DNA of 64,000 nt from NCBI GenBank assembly GCA_963796685.1, contig CAWCMR010000025.1, forward strand, positions 1,184,001 through 1,248,000, given 5' to 3'. Origin of the DNA: an uncultured delta proteobacterium (GTDB taxonomy: Bacteria; Myxococcota_A; Polyangia; Fen-1088). Under the pieces are notes generated by a model. It saw nothing but the letters and a program-made list of their open reading frames with translations. It did no database searches and was not told the origin of the DNA. This document shows positions 30,209 to 40,836 of this stretch, piece by piece. Both the position numbers and the translations under genes were made by a program. Each line of letters begins with the position of its first letter. The first letter of the stretch is position 1.

Positions 30209-30521
30209 GCGGTGCGCACATTCACCCATCGTGCTCGAAGGACAGAGACCAGACCGCAGGCGGCGGACCGAGGCTCTCCCTTCCGGTTCTCGGGGACGTC
30301 ACGTTGGTCCTCGGGACCTGGATGTGCCTGGGATGGGCGGCTCATGGGCGCCAAACTATAACAGACCCACCTACAGGAACCGACCTAGGGCCGGCAAGAC
30401 TCTCATGGCGCGTAGTGTCAGGAAGGCGGGTCGTTGCTCTTGGTCAGGGAAACTATTACACTACGAGACTACCTTCCCAACCAGTATCTTGCACCTCAAA
30501 CGGACCTAGCAATGTCTCGAA

Positions 30522-32120
30522 ATGAGTAGTCCCGGACCCGGCTTCGGAAGCCTCTTGCCCTCCCTCATTCGGGAAGCAAAGCGTCGCATTTTGTCTTTGA
30601 CCATGCTTTTCGCAGTGGTCGCCATTGGAGGCTTGGTCGTCGGGTTGCTTCTGCCCAAGACCTGGGAATGCTCTGCGTTGCTGGTCCCGGACGCCACTAC
30701 CATCAAGCGCCTGATGGAAGGTGGCGGCAACGCCGAAAACCATTTGGCCACCACGATTCAAGCGGTACAGACCCGCAAAATCATGAATGAAGTCCTTACG
30801 TTCGGCGGGTGGCTGAACGGGAAACCATCGCCGCAGGAGGAGGAACGCCTGCTTGCCCGGCTGCGGTCGCGCCTACGCATCGAAAACAACACACGCGAGA
30901 ACACGATCCGAATCAGCTACCGCGACAACGATCCCAAACGGACGTTCCTGATCACAAACAAGATGGTTGAGATCATGATCCGCGAGGCTGCGAGCGCCAA
31001 GGAAACATCCAGCCGCGAGACCTACGAATTCGTCGAGGGACAGGTGAAGGCGTACGGCGGCGAGCTCACCGTCGCGCACGAGAAACTACTCGCCTACTAC
31101 CGCAACCAGGACGCACCGGCAACTGCCCCCGAATCCGACGGTCCGGCGGGAGAAACATCGCCCGGGCACGGCGACAGTCGCCATTCTGCCCGGATCTCCA
31201 TAGAGGAGCTTGCCAAATTGCGTGCCGAGGAGGCAACCCTGGCCGCCCAACTTGCACGCGCCCGTTCTGGGCCGTCTTCTTCAGGGGAGTCGCGTCGCGC
31301 AGAAGAACAGCTCCGCGCCCGCGTGGAACAATTGCGATTCGAGTACGAGCGCCTTGCTAGCAGCTACACCGAGCGCCATCCAGACGTGGTGCGCAAGGCA
31401 AACGATCTGGAGGCAGCTCGTCAGGAGCTACGGCGAATGGAGGCCGCGCGAGTCGAGAACGATAGAGCCGTAGTCGCGACCGCGGCGCTTGACGAGCAGG
31501 TCGCCAGCGCTGCCCGCGTTCGCCTGGAGGAGCTTCGCGCCCGAATTGAGGCCGGGTCGCCGAACACGTTTGGACGCTCGTCGCGCCACCGTCCATCGAC
31601 CATGGCGCGACCGTCTGCCGTCACCGATACAAACCTAGTTGATCCTGACATGCGCCACGTGGGTCAGGATTCGAAGCTTTCGGAGCTGTTGAGCAGGTAT
31701 GAGACGACCCGCGACGTATACCAGGATCTACTGAAGAAGCGCGAAACCGCGCGCCTTTCCATGAACCTCGATCTCGAGCGCGGAAGCGTCACACTGAGAG
31801 TGCAGGAACCAGCCAGGATGCCGGTTATTGCGAGCGGTCTGCGGGTCATGTACAAGAGCCTCATCGGGCTGGTACTGGCCGCGGCAGTGCCGCTGGGCCT
31901 GCTCGTGGCGCTGGTCTCGTTTGATGGTCGCGTACGCAGCCCGGACCTGATCGAGCGTTTGGCGCGGGTGCCGATTCTGGTCACAATCCCTTACGCTCCT
32001 TCGTCCAAGGAACGCAGTCGCGCGCGGCTGCGAAGAGTATTTTCCGTGATTTTTGTAGCTGGCGTGTTCGCCGCCTATGTTGTTGCATTCCTGCTCAATC
32101 AGACCAAGGTTCGCCCATGA
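30522..32120 (+). CDS. Polysaccharide co-polymerase (Wzc/GumC-like membrane domain)
   Basis: N- and C-terminal TM, coiled coil, YTERHPDV, VQEPARMP. Confidence 0.85.
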   Translation: MSSPGPGFGSLLPSLIREAKRRILSLTMLFAVVAIGGLVVGLLLPKTWECSALLVPDATTIKRLMEGGGNAENHLATTIQAVQTRKIMNEVLTFGGWLNGKPSPQEEERLLARLRSRLRIENNTRENTIRISYRDNDPKRTFLITNKMVEIMIREAASAKETSSRETYEFVEGQVKAYGGELTVAHEKLLAYYRNQDAPATAPESDGPAGETSPGHGDSRHSARISIEELAKLRAEEATLAAQLARARSGPSSSGESRRAEEQLRARVEQLRFEYERLASSYTERHPDVVRKANDLEAARQELRRMEAARVENDRAVVATAALDEQVASAARVRLEELRARIEAGSPNTFGRSSRHRPSTMARPSAVTDTNLVDPDMRHVGQDSKLSELLSRYETTRDVYQDLLKKRETARLSMNLDLERGSVTLRVQEPARMPVIASGLRVMYKSLIGLVLAAAVPLGLLVALVSFDGRVRSPDLIERLARVPILVTIPYAPSSKERSRARLRRVFSVIFVAGVFAAYVVAFLLNQTKVRP

Positions 32121-32902
32121 GCGGATCGACGGGGGAAAATCGAGGCCGCATGCCTCCGGGTCATCCCGCGGGAGATCCAGTCGAGACACCCGTTGGTGGT
32201 AACGAAATCCGACCCACCGTCGAGATTTCGGCTATTCCCCGTGGCAGCATCCTCCTGCCCTCTGACATTAGCTCGGCCAGCTTGGATTTGTTGGGTATGG
32301 TCGTTGACGATCAACTCGACGCATTCCGCGAGCTGCGCACTCGGCTTTTGGCCATGGGGACTGGCATTGGACTGCCACGATTCTCCGTGCTGGTGGTCCC
32401 TGTCTCGAGCAGCTCGGGCGCCAGCTTCATTGCCCGCAACCTAGCAGTGGCGTTCACCCTGCAGGAGCAGCGGAGTGCGGTCCTCGTCGACTGCAACCTG
32501 CGAAATCCTACCCAGCATGTCGCGTTCGACCTCCAGGGTGATAGGGACGGACTGTTCGACCACATCGAGAATCCGCACCGCCCCGAGCTGCTGCTCTGTC
32601 GCACCAGACTCGACGGACTGTATCTGATTCCTGCTGGTCACCCGTCGTCTTCGGCCCGTGAGTATTTCTCGTCGTCCGCGATGCGCTCTCTGATGGCCTG
32701 GTTGCGCAGGACCCCCTACTTCCTGGTCCTGGACGGTCCTCCGGCAAAGGGCTCGCCCGACGCGCGCATCCTGTCCGAACTGGCCGATTTCGTGGTCCTG
32801 GTCGCGGGATACGGTCGCGATACCGTGGGCGGGATCAAACAGGCTGCGGCCCTGTTCGACCCGGCCAAGTTCGCCGGGGTTGTGTTCAACGATCAGGATT
32901 GA
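32117..32902 (+). CDS. CpsD/CapB-like BY-kinase domain, probable pseudokinase
   Basis: DAFRELRT, VDCNLRNP, VLDGPP; Walker A reads SSSGASF with no Lys. Confidence 0.8.
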   Translation: MSGSTGENRGRMPPGHPAGDPVETPVGGNEIRPTVEISAIPRGSILLPSDISSASLDLLGMVVDDQLDAFRELRTRLLAMGTGIGLPRFSVLVVPVSSSSGASFIARNLAVAFTLQEQRSAVLVDCNLRNPTQHVAFDLQGDRDGLFDHIENPHRPELLLCRTRLDGLYLIPAGHPSSSAREYFSSSAMRSLMAWLRRTPYFLVLDGPPAKGSPDARILSELADFVVLVAGYGRDTVGGIKQAAALFDPAKFAGVVFNDQD

Positions 32903-33717
32903 GTCAGCGACCTCGACCGCACGACCCGCGCTCGACCAAAATGAATCCGATCTCCACCAACACGACCATCGCGCTCATGTACCACGCCGTCGGTGTGGAG
33001 GGTGGGCCGGGTGTCGATCCACACTATGCCGTGGCCCTGTCCCTTTTCACCGCGCACCTGCAAGCGTGTGTGCATCAGGGCGGGGCAGTGGTGTGTGCCC
33101 AAGACTGGTTGGACGGTCGTGGTGGCGTGATCGTCACCTTTGACGACGGACACGAAAGCAACCACCGCGTGGCGTGGCCGGCGCTGGCCGCGATCGGAGC
33201 GCAGGCCGATTTCTTTGTCAACCCAGCCCAGGTGGGAACCGCAGGTTTTGCGACCTGGGCCGCGCTGCGCGAGATGGCGGATGGGGGTATGTCCATCCAG
33301 TCGCACGGCCTCGACCACAGGCACTATCTCACCGAGCTGTCCGTAGGCCGCCTGCGCGAGGAGTTGCGGCAGGCGCGGCTTGAGATTGAGCACCACACTG
33401 GGCATTCCGTGACGTTGCTGGCGCCGCCCGGGGGGCGCTGCCCAGTCGACCTTGCGCGGATCGCGCGTGAGGTCGGTTACACCCACGTTCTAGACTCTCG
33501 ACCGGCGTCCATCCGTCGCGATGGCAGGTACACGCTTGGCCGTTTCGCAGTGACGGCCCGACTCGATGTTCCGACGCTCGAAGCGTGGCTGCGCGGCGGC
33601 TCCGCGCGCCTCAGGATGCAGGCGCGCTATATGGCGCTCGGTGCAGCCAAACGCATCTTGGGAGACAGAGCCTACGAACGGGTCCGGCAGGGACTTCTGG
33701 GAAAAGCAATCCCATGA
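32899..33717 (+). CDS. Polysaccharide deacetylase (CE4)
   Basis: LMYHAV, TFDDGH, SHGLDH, APPGG. Confidence 0.9.
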   Translation: MSQRPRPHDPRSTKMNPISTNTTIALMYHAVGVEGGPGVDPHYAVALSLFTAHLQACVHQGGAVVCAQDWLDGRGGVIVTFDDGHESNHRVAWPALAAIGAQADFFVNPAQVGTAGFATWAALREMADGGMSIQSHGLDHRHYLTELSVGRLREELRQARLEIEHHTGHSVTLLAPPGGRCPVDLARIAREVGYTHVLDSRPASIRRDGRYTLGRFAVTARLDVPTLEAWLRGGSARLRMQARYMALGAAKRILGDRAYERVRQGLLGKAIP

Positions 33718-33796
33718 ACCAGCCCCGCTCGTTGTCCGTGTTTTCGCTGTTCTCTTGCTGAAAGAGAACATTCATCGTCCGCGAAATCGACTCCGC

Positions 33797-34933
33797 TCAG
33801 TTCGGATTCCGGTTCCACGCTAGGTACACTTGCTCGTCGCCTTCCACCCAGGAGCGCCGCGAAAACAAGCATTCCACTCGCTCACGCGCTGCCCGTCCCA
33901 TTGCCAGATGTTGTCCGTCGACCAGGATTTGGCGCATCTGATCTCGCAGCTGGGAGACGTTCCTGACCTCGAACAGGTACCCCGTCACGCCCTCGTCGAC
34001 GACCTCGGGACATCCACCAATCCGGGGCGCGATGACGGGCTTGCCCGCCGCCATTGCTTCGCGCGCCGCCAGCGGGAAAGACTCCCGCGTGGAAGCCAGC
34101 ACGAACACATCAAGAAGTGCGAGGTGCTCGGGCATGTTTCGTTGCATGCCTGTGAAGATAACCACTCCGGCCAAGCCCAGCGCTTGCGCTTGTGCGCGCA
34201 CCGGTTCGAGTAGTGGTCCGTCACCAATCACCATCAGCCGCGTTTCGGGTGCATCGCGATGAACCTCCGCGAAGGCGCGCAAGAGTAGATCGTGCCCTTT
34301 CTCTTCCGATAGGCGAGCCACGATGCCGAAGACACGGTGATGTTGCGGATCCAAACCATAGTGCGCGGCCAGCGCTGGATCCAGGGGCCGCGGAACAAAT
34401 CTCCCGGTGTCGATTCCGCTATGGATCACCGTTGACTTCGCGCGACTGAGTCCACCCGCAAGCACCCGATCGCGTTCGTAGTTGGACTCGAAGATCACGT
34501 GGTCGGAGCACCGCTCGAGGATGTGCCCGGCATAGCGAAAGTGGCTCGGGTTGTGGATATTGTGGATGGTCGTGACGATGGGCAAGCGCCTTCCCGTGGA
34601 CGCAACCCGGTAGTCGAATGGCATCAAGCGCGTCGCCGCATAGGTTGCAATCGTCGAGCGCAGGGATTGCGGCGCCAGCATCTCGATGCCGTGCTGCCGA
34701 ATTTCACGGCGAATTCTCTGCGCGACTCGCCAGAGCTCGCCGAGGCCAGTAAAACGAGAGTCGAGCTCCAAGTAATGCGCCCCCTTGCGTTGGAGCTCTT
34801 CCAGCAGCACACCTGGAGTCGTTCCCACGAAGACGTCGTGTCCGTTCCGTCGCAGGTCTTCGGTCAGCGTCAGGATGTCGGATTGGACACCCCCGATACC
34901 GAATGGCTCGGTCATGAGATACAGGATTCTCAT
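33797..34933 (-). CDS. Glycosyltransferase family 4
   Basis: MRILYL start at 34933; ARLSEEKG, ESFPLAAREAMA. Confidence 0.92.
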   Translation of the reverse strand: MRILYLMTEPFGIGGVQSDILTLTEDLRRNGHDVFVGTTPGVLLEELQRKGAHYLELDSRFTGLGELWRVAQRIRREIRQHGIEMLAPQSLRSTIATYAATRLMPFDYRVASTGRRLPIVTTIHNIHNPSHFRYAGHILERCSDHVIFESNYERDRVLAGGLSRAKSTVIHSGIDTGRFVPRPLDPALAAHYGLDPQHHRVFGIVARLSEEKGHDLLLRAFAEVHRDAPETRLMVIGDGPLLEPVRAQAQALGLAGVVIFTGMQRNMPEHLALLDVFVLASTRESFPLAAREAMAAGKPVIAPRIGGCPEVVDEGVTGYLFEVRNVSQLRDQMRQILVDGQHLAMGRAARERVECLFSRRSWVEGDEQVYLAWNRNPN

Positions 34934-35805
34934 GCTGCGCTCCCGGTCCCAACGGCGGCCATCGCTTCCGCACGCGCGCGCTTGAAAGCCCGCTCGCGAC
35001 GCCGGTGTAGTAGTCCGTGCACGAGATCGAAAGCTCCGAGAAGTTTCAAGCGCAGCTCCTCCGGACCGTCGCGATCTGTGATTTCCGTACGTCGCAGTGC
35101 ATAGCGCTCGCTGATGTCTCGGTTTACCCCGGGACAAACGCTGACCGCACCTCTATACCCAGCGGTGGCGACCAGGGCACGCTCGCGCCCCGTGAAATCG
35201 CCGGATGGGTAGCAAAAGAACTCGACCTCGGTGCCGAGCCGCTGGGCGATCTCCTGTCGGCTGCCGGCAATCTCGCGCACAACCTCGGCTTCATCCACGC
35301 GGGTGAGGAACGGATGCGTCAGAGTATGTGACCCAAAAGTTATTCCAGGTTCAGCAGCCATGGCCACGGCTTCGCTCCAGTCCAAATGCAGCTGCCCAGG
35401 TTCATCCGGATACCGCGGATGGCGAAGTGTCCCATCCGCAAAACGGGCGGTCAAGAATATCGTCGCTGGCAGGCCATGTCGCCTCAGTACCGGGAGCGCA
35501 TGGACCAGATTGTCGCGATAGCCATCATCGAAGGTCAGCACGGCGGCCGGGGTTCTCGGCCCACCCGCGCCAAGTTCCGCTAGCGCCTGAGCCAGGCTGA
35601 TGACGCGGCACCGAGACACCAGCGTGGCCATCTGTTCCTCGAAATGCTCGGGCGTCACCGTGAGCTGGTCGTAGGCCGGCAAGCGCGTCACCCGGTGGTA
35701 CATCAGAATGCGGATGGCTGGGCGCAAGCGGTAGCTGGGGAACACCAGCGGCAAGCAAGCATATGGAACCGTCCTGCGAAGTGGTGCGAGCCAACGGGGA
35801 ATCAT
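34930..35805 (-). CDS. Polysaccharide deacetylase (CE4)
   Basis: LMYHRV, TFDDGY, SHTLTH, FCYPSG. Confidence 0.92.
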   Translation of the reverse strand: MIPRWLAPLRRTVPYACLPLVFPSYRLRPAIRILMYHRVTRLPAYDQLTVTPEHFEEQMATLVSRCRVISLAQALAELGAGGPRTPAAVLTFDDGYRDNLVHALPVLRRHGLPATIFLTARFADGTLRHPRYPDEPGQLHLDWSEAVAMAAEPGITFGSHTLTHPFLTRVDEAEVVREIAGSRQEIAQRLGTEVEFFCYPSGDFTGRERALVATAGYRGAVSVCPGVNRDISERYALRRTEITDRDGPEELRLKLLGAFDLVHGLLHRRRERAFKRARAEAMAAVGTGSAA

Positions 35806-36947
35806 CGTATGCTCGAGGAGTGCGATTCCGGAGGCAAGCCAAGAGCAGCAGCGTAAAGTCCTTCGTATGCCCTGGCCGTTCGTGAGACGTCGTAGCGTTC
35901 ACGCAGCGTTTCGAGGGCGCGTCGTCCCAGTCTTTCGCGCAGCTCTGGGTCTGTCAGCACCCTACGCAGAGCCCGGGCCAGTGCTGCCGGGTCTGCCGGG
36001 GGAACCAAGAGGCCGTTATCCTCGTCCTGGAGGACTTCAGGGATGCCACTAACCCGGGTCGCAACGATGGGACGTGACATCGCCATGGCTTCAAGCAACG
36101 CGATGGGGAGGCCTTCCCATCGCGAGGGCATTGCCAGAATATCGAGGCCTGCCAAGAGTCTAGGCACGTCCGACCGCTGCCCAGTAAATACGACGTAGTC
36201 GGCGAGCCCAAGCCGTTTGGACTCCTCTTCAAGCTCACTTCGCGAGTTGCCCGATCCGATGACCAAGCAGGTTGGCCTTAGGCCCCCGTCACGCAACTGT
36301 GCAATGGCGGCAAAGAGGTCGCTATGCCCTTTGGCTGGGTGCAAACGGCCGATGACACCAATCAGGAGCGAGTCGTCGGGGACGGCAAATTCGGCGCGAA
36401 CCCCATCGCCGCGGGCACCCGCTAGCCGGTCGATGTTGATCCCATTGGGGATGACGACCAGGCGGCTCGACCGCAAGTGGTCCTGTTCGCGCATTACTCT
36501 CCCCACTTCTTCCGAGCAAGCGATCACCCGCGTGGAAACCCAGGAGAGCGCCCAGTGAACCGCTCGTCGAACGGCACCCTCGCAGACCACCGTGTTGTGC
36601 GCGGTCGAGAACACCGCCCGAACACCTGCCAAGCGCGCGGCCACGCGCCCAAAGCTGTCCGCAGTGAACAGATGGGTGTGCACGACGTCGACGTGCTCTT
36701 GCCGGAACCACCTTGCGATCCTCGTGACGAATCCGAGATCGACCTTGCCACGTCGGCCAAGCACTGTAACCGGAACTCCCATTTCTCGGATTTCTTGCTC
36801 CAGGGCTCCGCCCCGCATCAGGCAGAGCACACTGAATCGAAACCGATTCGATCGGTGCCGCAACATGTCTGCCAGCAGGCGTTCCGCACCGTCCGGCGGC
36901 AGTTCGTCAATCACGTGCACCACATGGGGTGTCAGGACATCCATCAA
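35802..36947 (-). CDS. Glycosyltransferase family 4
   Basis: DGAER, GRLHPAKG, EGLPIALLEAMA; start near 36944-36947. Confidence 0.92.
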   Translation of the reverse strand: MMDVLTPHVVHVIDELPPDGAERLLADMLRHRSNRFRFSVLCLMRGGALEQEIREMGVPVTVLGRRGKVDLGFVTRIARWFRQEHVDVVHTHLFTADSFGRVAARLAGVRAVFSTAHNTVVCEGAVRRAVHWALSWVSTRVIACSEEVGRVMREQDHLRSSRLVVIPNGINIDRLAGARGDGVRAEFAVPDDSLLIGVIGRLHPAKGHSDLFAAIAQLRDGGLRPTCLVIGSGNSRSELEEESKRLGLADYVVFTGQRSDVPRLLAGLDILAMPSRWEGLPIALLEAMAMSRPIVATRVSGIPEVLQDEDNGLLVPPADPAALARALRRVLTDPELRERLGRRALETLRERYDVSRTARAYEGLYAAALGLPPESHSSSIR

Positions 36948-38416
36948 ATACTCTCTCTTGGTTGCTGTGCGTCGATTTCCATCGAGAGTCGGGCGACCAC
37001 CGCCAGCGTAACCCAGAAGTAGACTGTCACGCATATGTCGACCATCCGCGACCCAAACATGGTGACCAGGAAGGTCCCGGCCGCCAGAGCGGCTGCACTC
37101 ATGCCGATGGTACGCGTGAACCGCCCGCGGCTTCCTCGGTAGACGTATACGCCCAACCGGTACATGCGCCACAGGATAAACCCATACAACAACACTGCAG
37201 GAATACCCATCTGCGAGCTCAGATACAAGTACATATTATGGTTGTCGGATTCGTCCACCTGTGTTTCCGTGTACTGCCCCTTGAGCTTGGGGAAGGACTT
37301 GAATCCCCATCCGAACACCGGGCTCTCGGATGTCATCTTCAGAGCCGCATTCCAGAGGATGAGCCGCGACTCCGAGCTCTTGTCCAGCTTCTCCTCACCG
37401 GACGACTGGGTCGCGGTCTGGGCCATGCGTTCGCGCAGCGAAAGTGGAACGATTTCTGGCACCGCCATCACGAGTGTCATGCCGAGTACGGCGACCCCTA
37501 CGAGGGACAGCTTTCCGCGTACGTACACGGCTACGACGGCCGCAAGCCCCATGCCCAAATACGCCCCACGCGAAAATGTGGCCAGCAGAAGCCTGGCCGT
37601 TATTCCGAGATAGGGCACGGCCACAAACCAGGCGCGCCAGCTGCGAAGGTTGCTCAACAGTAGTGCGAGAAAGGGCGCCGATGCATAGGCGAGAAATGCG
37701 CCGAAGTCGTTCGGCTGCATCTGGGGTCCCAAGAGGCGGGCTTTCTCGATCGAACTGGCCCCGCGCTTTTCCAGCCATTCCTGGAAGCCCAGTAGCAACA
37801 CCACGATTGATCCCAGCATCATGTAGACCATCATGCGGCGCGCTATCTTTCCGTTGCGGATCAGGCCTACAAAGGTGAAGAACACGATGAATTGGTCGAG
37901 CCAGCCTTTGACGTCGAGCACACGGTCCAGCACAAAATCCAGCCCGAGAGTCACCATAGCCGTCGGCACCGAGATCAGCGTTACCACGGCGTAGGCACGT
38001 ACCACCGCGGTCGCCGGAGTCCGCAAGACCTGGCCATCCTCCGTGACTGGTGGCTCCCCTCTTCCATGGCGGAACCACGAGAAAAGTAGCAACAAAAGCA
38101 GAATATTGGTTCCGTTCATTCCGAAGCCAATCGGCAGGACGAACATCATGTTGAGCGGCAGATAGATGATCGCGATCGCCATCAGCCACTCTGGGTCTCT
38201 CAGGGTATGGAAAAACAAGACCACACCGATGACCCCGCCGATGCCGTGCAACGCCCATGCGGGTAGCTTCAGGCCGAATAGAATGATCATTATCGCCAGT
38301 GCCGCCGGCAGCGCCAAGAACCGCAGCGTCGACCTGAGCTCCGTTCCTGCCCAGTTCGGCCTTGCTTTTCCCTCTCCGGCCGGAGGCACCGGCGGTTCGG
38401 TCCATGATACACTCAT
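36944..38416 (-). CDS. O-antigen ligase/Wzy polymerase family membrane protein
   Basis: PNDFG, TFSRGAYLG, SRLILW...PVFGWG, HNMYL. Confidence 0.85.
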   Translation of the reverse strand: MSVSWTEPPVPPAGEGKARPNWAGTELRSTLRFLALPAALAIMIILFGLKLPAWALHGIGGVIGVVLFFHTLRDPEWLMAIAIIYLPLNMMFVLPIGFGMNGTNILLLLLLFSWFRHGRGEPPVTEDGQVLRTPATAVVRAYAVVTLISVPTAMVTLGLDFVLDRVLDVKGWLDQFIVFFTFVGLIRNGKIARRMMVYMMLGSIVVLLLGFQEWLEKRGASSIEKARLLGPQMQPNDFGAFLAYASAPFLALLLSNLRSWRAWFVAVPYLGITARLLLATFSRGAYLGMGLAAVVAVYVRGKLSLVGVAVLGMTLVMAVPEIVPLSLRERMAQTATQSSGEEKLDKSSESRLILWNAALKMTSESPVFGWGFKSFPKLKGQYTETQVDESDNHNMYLYLSSQMGIPAVLLYGFILWRMYRLGVYVYRGSRGRFTRTIGMSAAALAAGTFLVTMFGSRMVDICVTVYFWVTLAVVARLSMEIDAQQPRESI

Positions 38417-38536
38417 TGGGCGAACGATACCATGAGTGGCCGTCGAACAGCCTAGGCGGTTGTCGGTGCCGCGCTACGGTCAACCGCCATCAAGCGCCTG
38501 CTTTCGCCACTTCCTTGGGAGGCGGGTCAGGTCGGG

Positions 38537-39853
38537 CTACCGGAAACGGTCGGCGGCCGGAAATGACGTGCCGCCCGCACCGCAGGTCGTGCCAAGGAGG
38601 TCCACCAGGTAATCGCTAATCGTGCCGCCCCAATTGCTCGCGAAAAGAATCAACGCTCCGTCGCGGTTGCTGACTGCGTGCTGCTCAGCGAAGTAGCCTC
38701 CGGACTCCCGGTCGCTGTGGTGGTGCGCCACCCGCCGCACTTCGCCTGAGCGGTCCAACTTGAGCCAGAAAATCTCGAAGTCGTGGTTGGGGTAGCGGTC
38801 GTCCGGGCCCTGGGTGGAGATGAGCGCCCAGCCGGGCAGGTCGAGGTTGCGGCACGAGACGTGGGGCGTGGTTTTCCAGCCGATCCGCGTCCCGATCGAG
38901 ACCTTTCCCGTCTCCAGATCGGCGATGTTGATGTTTCGGTCAGCGTTCAACTGGTGGTCCGCGCCGTCATAGACCATGAGATCCCGCCCATCGGGTCCGA
39001 AGCAAAGATCAGCGTGACCGAAGCTGCCCTCGGGCAGCTCGCGAACAAGCTTGAGGTTGATGTCGTACACGCGTGAGCGGTCCTTCCCCATCATCACGAC
39101 ATGCTTGCCGCTGGGCGTGACGCTGATCCAGTCGTCGACATTGCGGAGCGGGACGCTCAGGCGCGCTGTGATCTTCTTCTGTTGCAGGTCGCAAACGAAG
39201 GCGTCCACGTCGACCTTTTCGTTGTCCGACTTGGTCCCAACCATCGCGTGGTATCGGCCCGTTGTGTTCAAGTTCCCCTCCATCCTGCCTCGGGCCCTCA
39301 GGTACTCAGAGAAGTCGCGCAGTAGCTTCTTGTCGTCGGTCGTGACGTCGTACCGGAACATGGAGCGCATCTCGTTGTTGACCAGATCTAGGTGATAGAA
39401 GATGTTCGGATCCGTGGGATGCTACGACACCTCGGCATCGCCGGACCCAATGCACAGGTTTCGAATCGGTTCCCAGGACTTCGTGTCGTAGAGGAGGTAA
39501 GCGCCGTCGCTCCCCCACAGAATCGCGCGGGTGTTGTCGGCGTTGAATGGATTGGATTTGGAGTAGTAGTGGCGGATTCGAGTCTCGTGCTGCCATTGGG
39601 ACGGGTCGGTCACGCGCATGATGCATGTGCCATACACAGGGTCCTTGAAGGGGCGGTGCAGGGCGGGTAGTGGCAACTCGGGCGGAGGGTACAGCTCGTG
39701 TCCGGTCATGAGGCTCGTGAGCGGTGATAGCGGGGCGGATGGGCGGGGTCCAGCGCCGGCCCCCACGCCGCTGCCTCTTCGCGCCTTCACGCCGGCAGAA
39801 CTAGTCAAGCAGACGAGCGCGAATGTCACGCCGAAGATGAGGCTCGCCTTCAT
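38537..39853 (-). pseudogene. Secreted beta-propeller paralog 5 with an in-frame TAG at 39422-39424
   Basis: DAEVS*HPTDPN versus DAEVSWHPTDPN in paralog 4; both halves in the same frame; RRVAHH, FASNWG motifs. Confidence 0.85.
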
Positions 39854-40836
39854 CTAGTTGAGTCCGCCTGATCGAATTTCGCCCAGACCCTGAGATTCGT
39901 GCCCAGCCTCGCCAGCGAAGTCCCGGTGTCGAGCAAATCCAACCCGGCCAGCGTCATCTTCGGCGCGAATGCGAGCGCGTTTGGAAATCGTCGCACCACT
40001 AGGCCGCCGCCGATACCGTCCCGCACCCGGATCACCTTGCCGCCCCGTTTGGCTATGATACCGCCGATGGTCTCGCGCGAGAAGAAGTGCATGTGCCCCG
40101 CGTCAGCCTCGGGAGAGCCCGAGAACGCGCCAAGACGCAGCCGAAGGCGAACCTCCAGTGACCCGCAATTCGGGACGGTCAAGTAGAGGATACCGTCGGG
40201 CGCGAGGAGGCGGATCGCGTCGCCGATCACCGCCGATGGGTCAGGGATGTGTTCGAGGACATAGGACATTGTGATGATGTCGAACCGAGCCTCCCCGAAG
40301 TCGACCGCCGCCAACACACCTGCGTGGACGCGCAGGCCATAGCGCGAACGGGCGAATTCGACGCAGGCTTGAGTCGGCTCCACGCCCCACACGTCCCAAC
40401 CCCGATCGCGAGCCACGCAGAGGAAGTTGCCGCTGGCACACCCTACTTCCAACATCCGCCGCCCGGAGGTCATGCTCTCGAGGCGAGCCAATTCGAGCTC
40501 GAAAGCACTTTTCCGCTGTGCCGCTCCCTCGTCCATTGATGCGGCATTGTCCAACTGGCGGTAGTGCTCCGTTGCAACCCCAATTGTGCGTCGCGGATTC
40601 TGCGACATTAGCCCGCACTGTGTACACCTAGCGATCCGCATCGGCCGCCTACCATTGTGGTCCATCCCCACGTACACCGCCCGCCACTCGTCGCAACCGC
40701 ACAGGTCACACTTGAGTTCCTCCATAGGAGGAAGAACAGAAAACGATTCGCCTGTTGTAGCTTGAATATTATTCGGAGTTGTCATTAACGATATTCCTCC
40801 TGGTTTCCCGTGCTCACCGGCCCCTGGCCCCGGCAT
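39850..40836 (-). CDS. Class I SAM methyltransferase with Zn-binding N-terminus
   Basis: CDLC...CTQC, LEVGCASG, VLEH, VPN; start may be 40785 or later. Confidence 0.88.
   Translation of the reverse strand: MPGPGAGEHGKPGGISLMTTPNNIQATTGESFSVLPPMEELKCDLCGCDEWRAVYVGMDHNGRRPMRIARCTQCGLMSQNPRRTIGVATEHYRQLDNAASMDEGAAQRKSAFELELARLESMTSGRRMLEVGCASGNFLCVARDRGWDVWGVEPTQACVEFARSRYGLRVHAGVLAAVDFGEARFDIITMSYVLEHIPDPSAVIGDAIRLLAPDGILYLTVPNCGSLEVRLRLRLGAFSGSPEADAGHMHFFSRETIGGIIAKRGGKVIRVRDGIGGGLVVRRFPNALAFAPKMTLAGLDLLDTGTSLARLGTNLRVWAKFDQADSTR

Noticed and set aside
39422-39424. Pyrrolysine or amber recoding
   Set aside because: The position is a conserved Trp one substitution away, and TAG is a normal stop in other genes here (e.g. 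3585, 13803).
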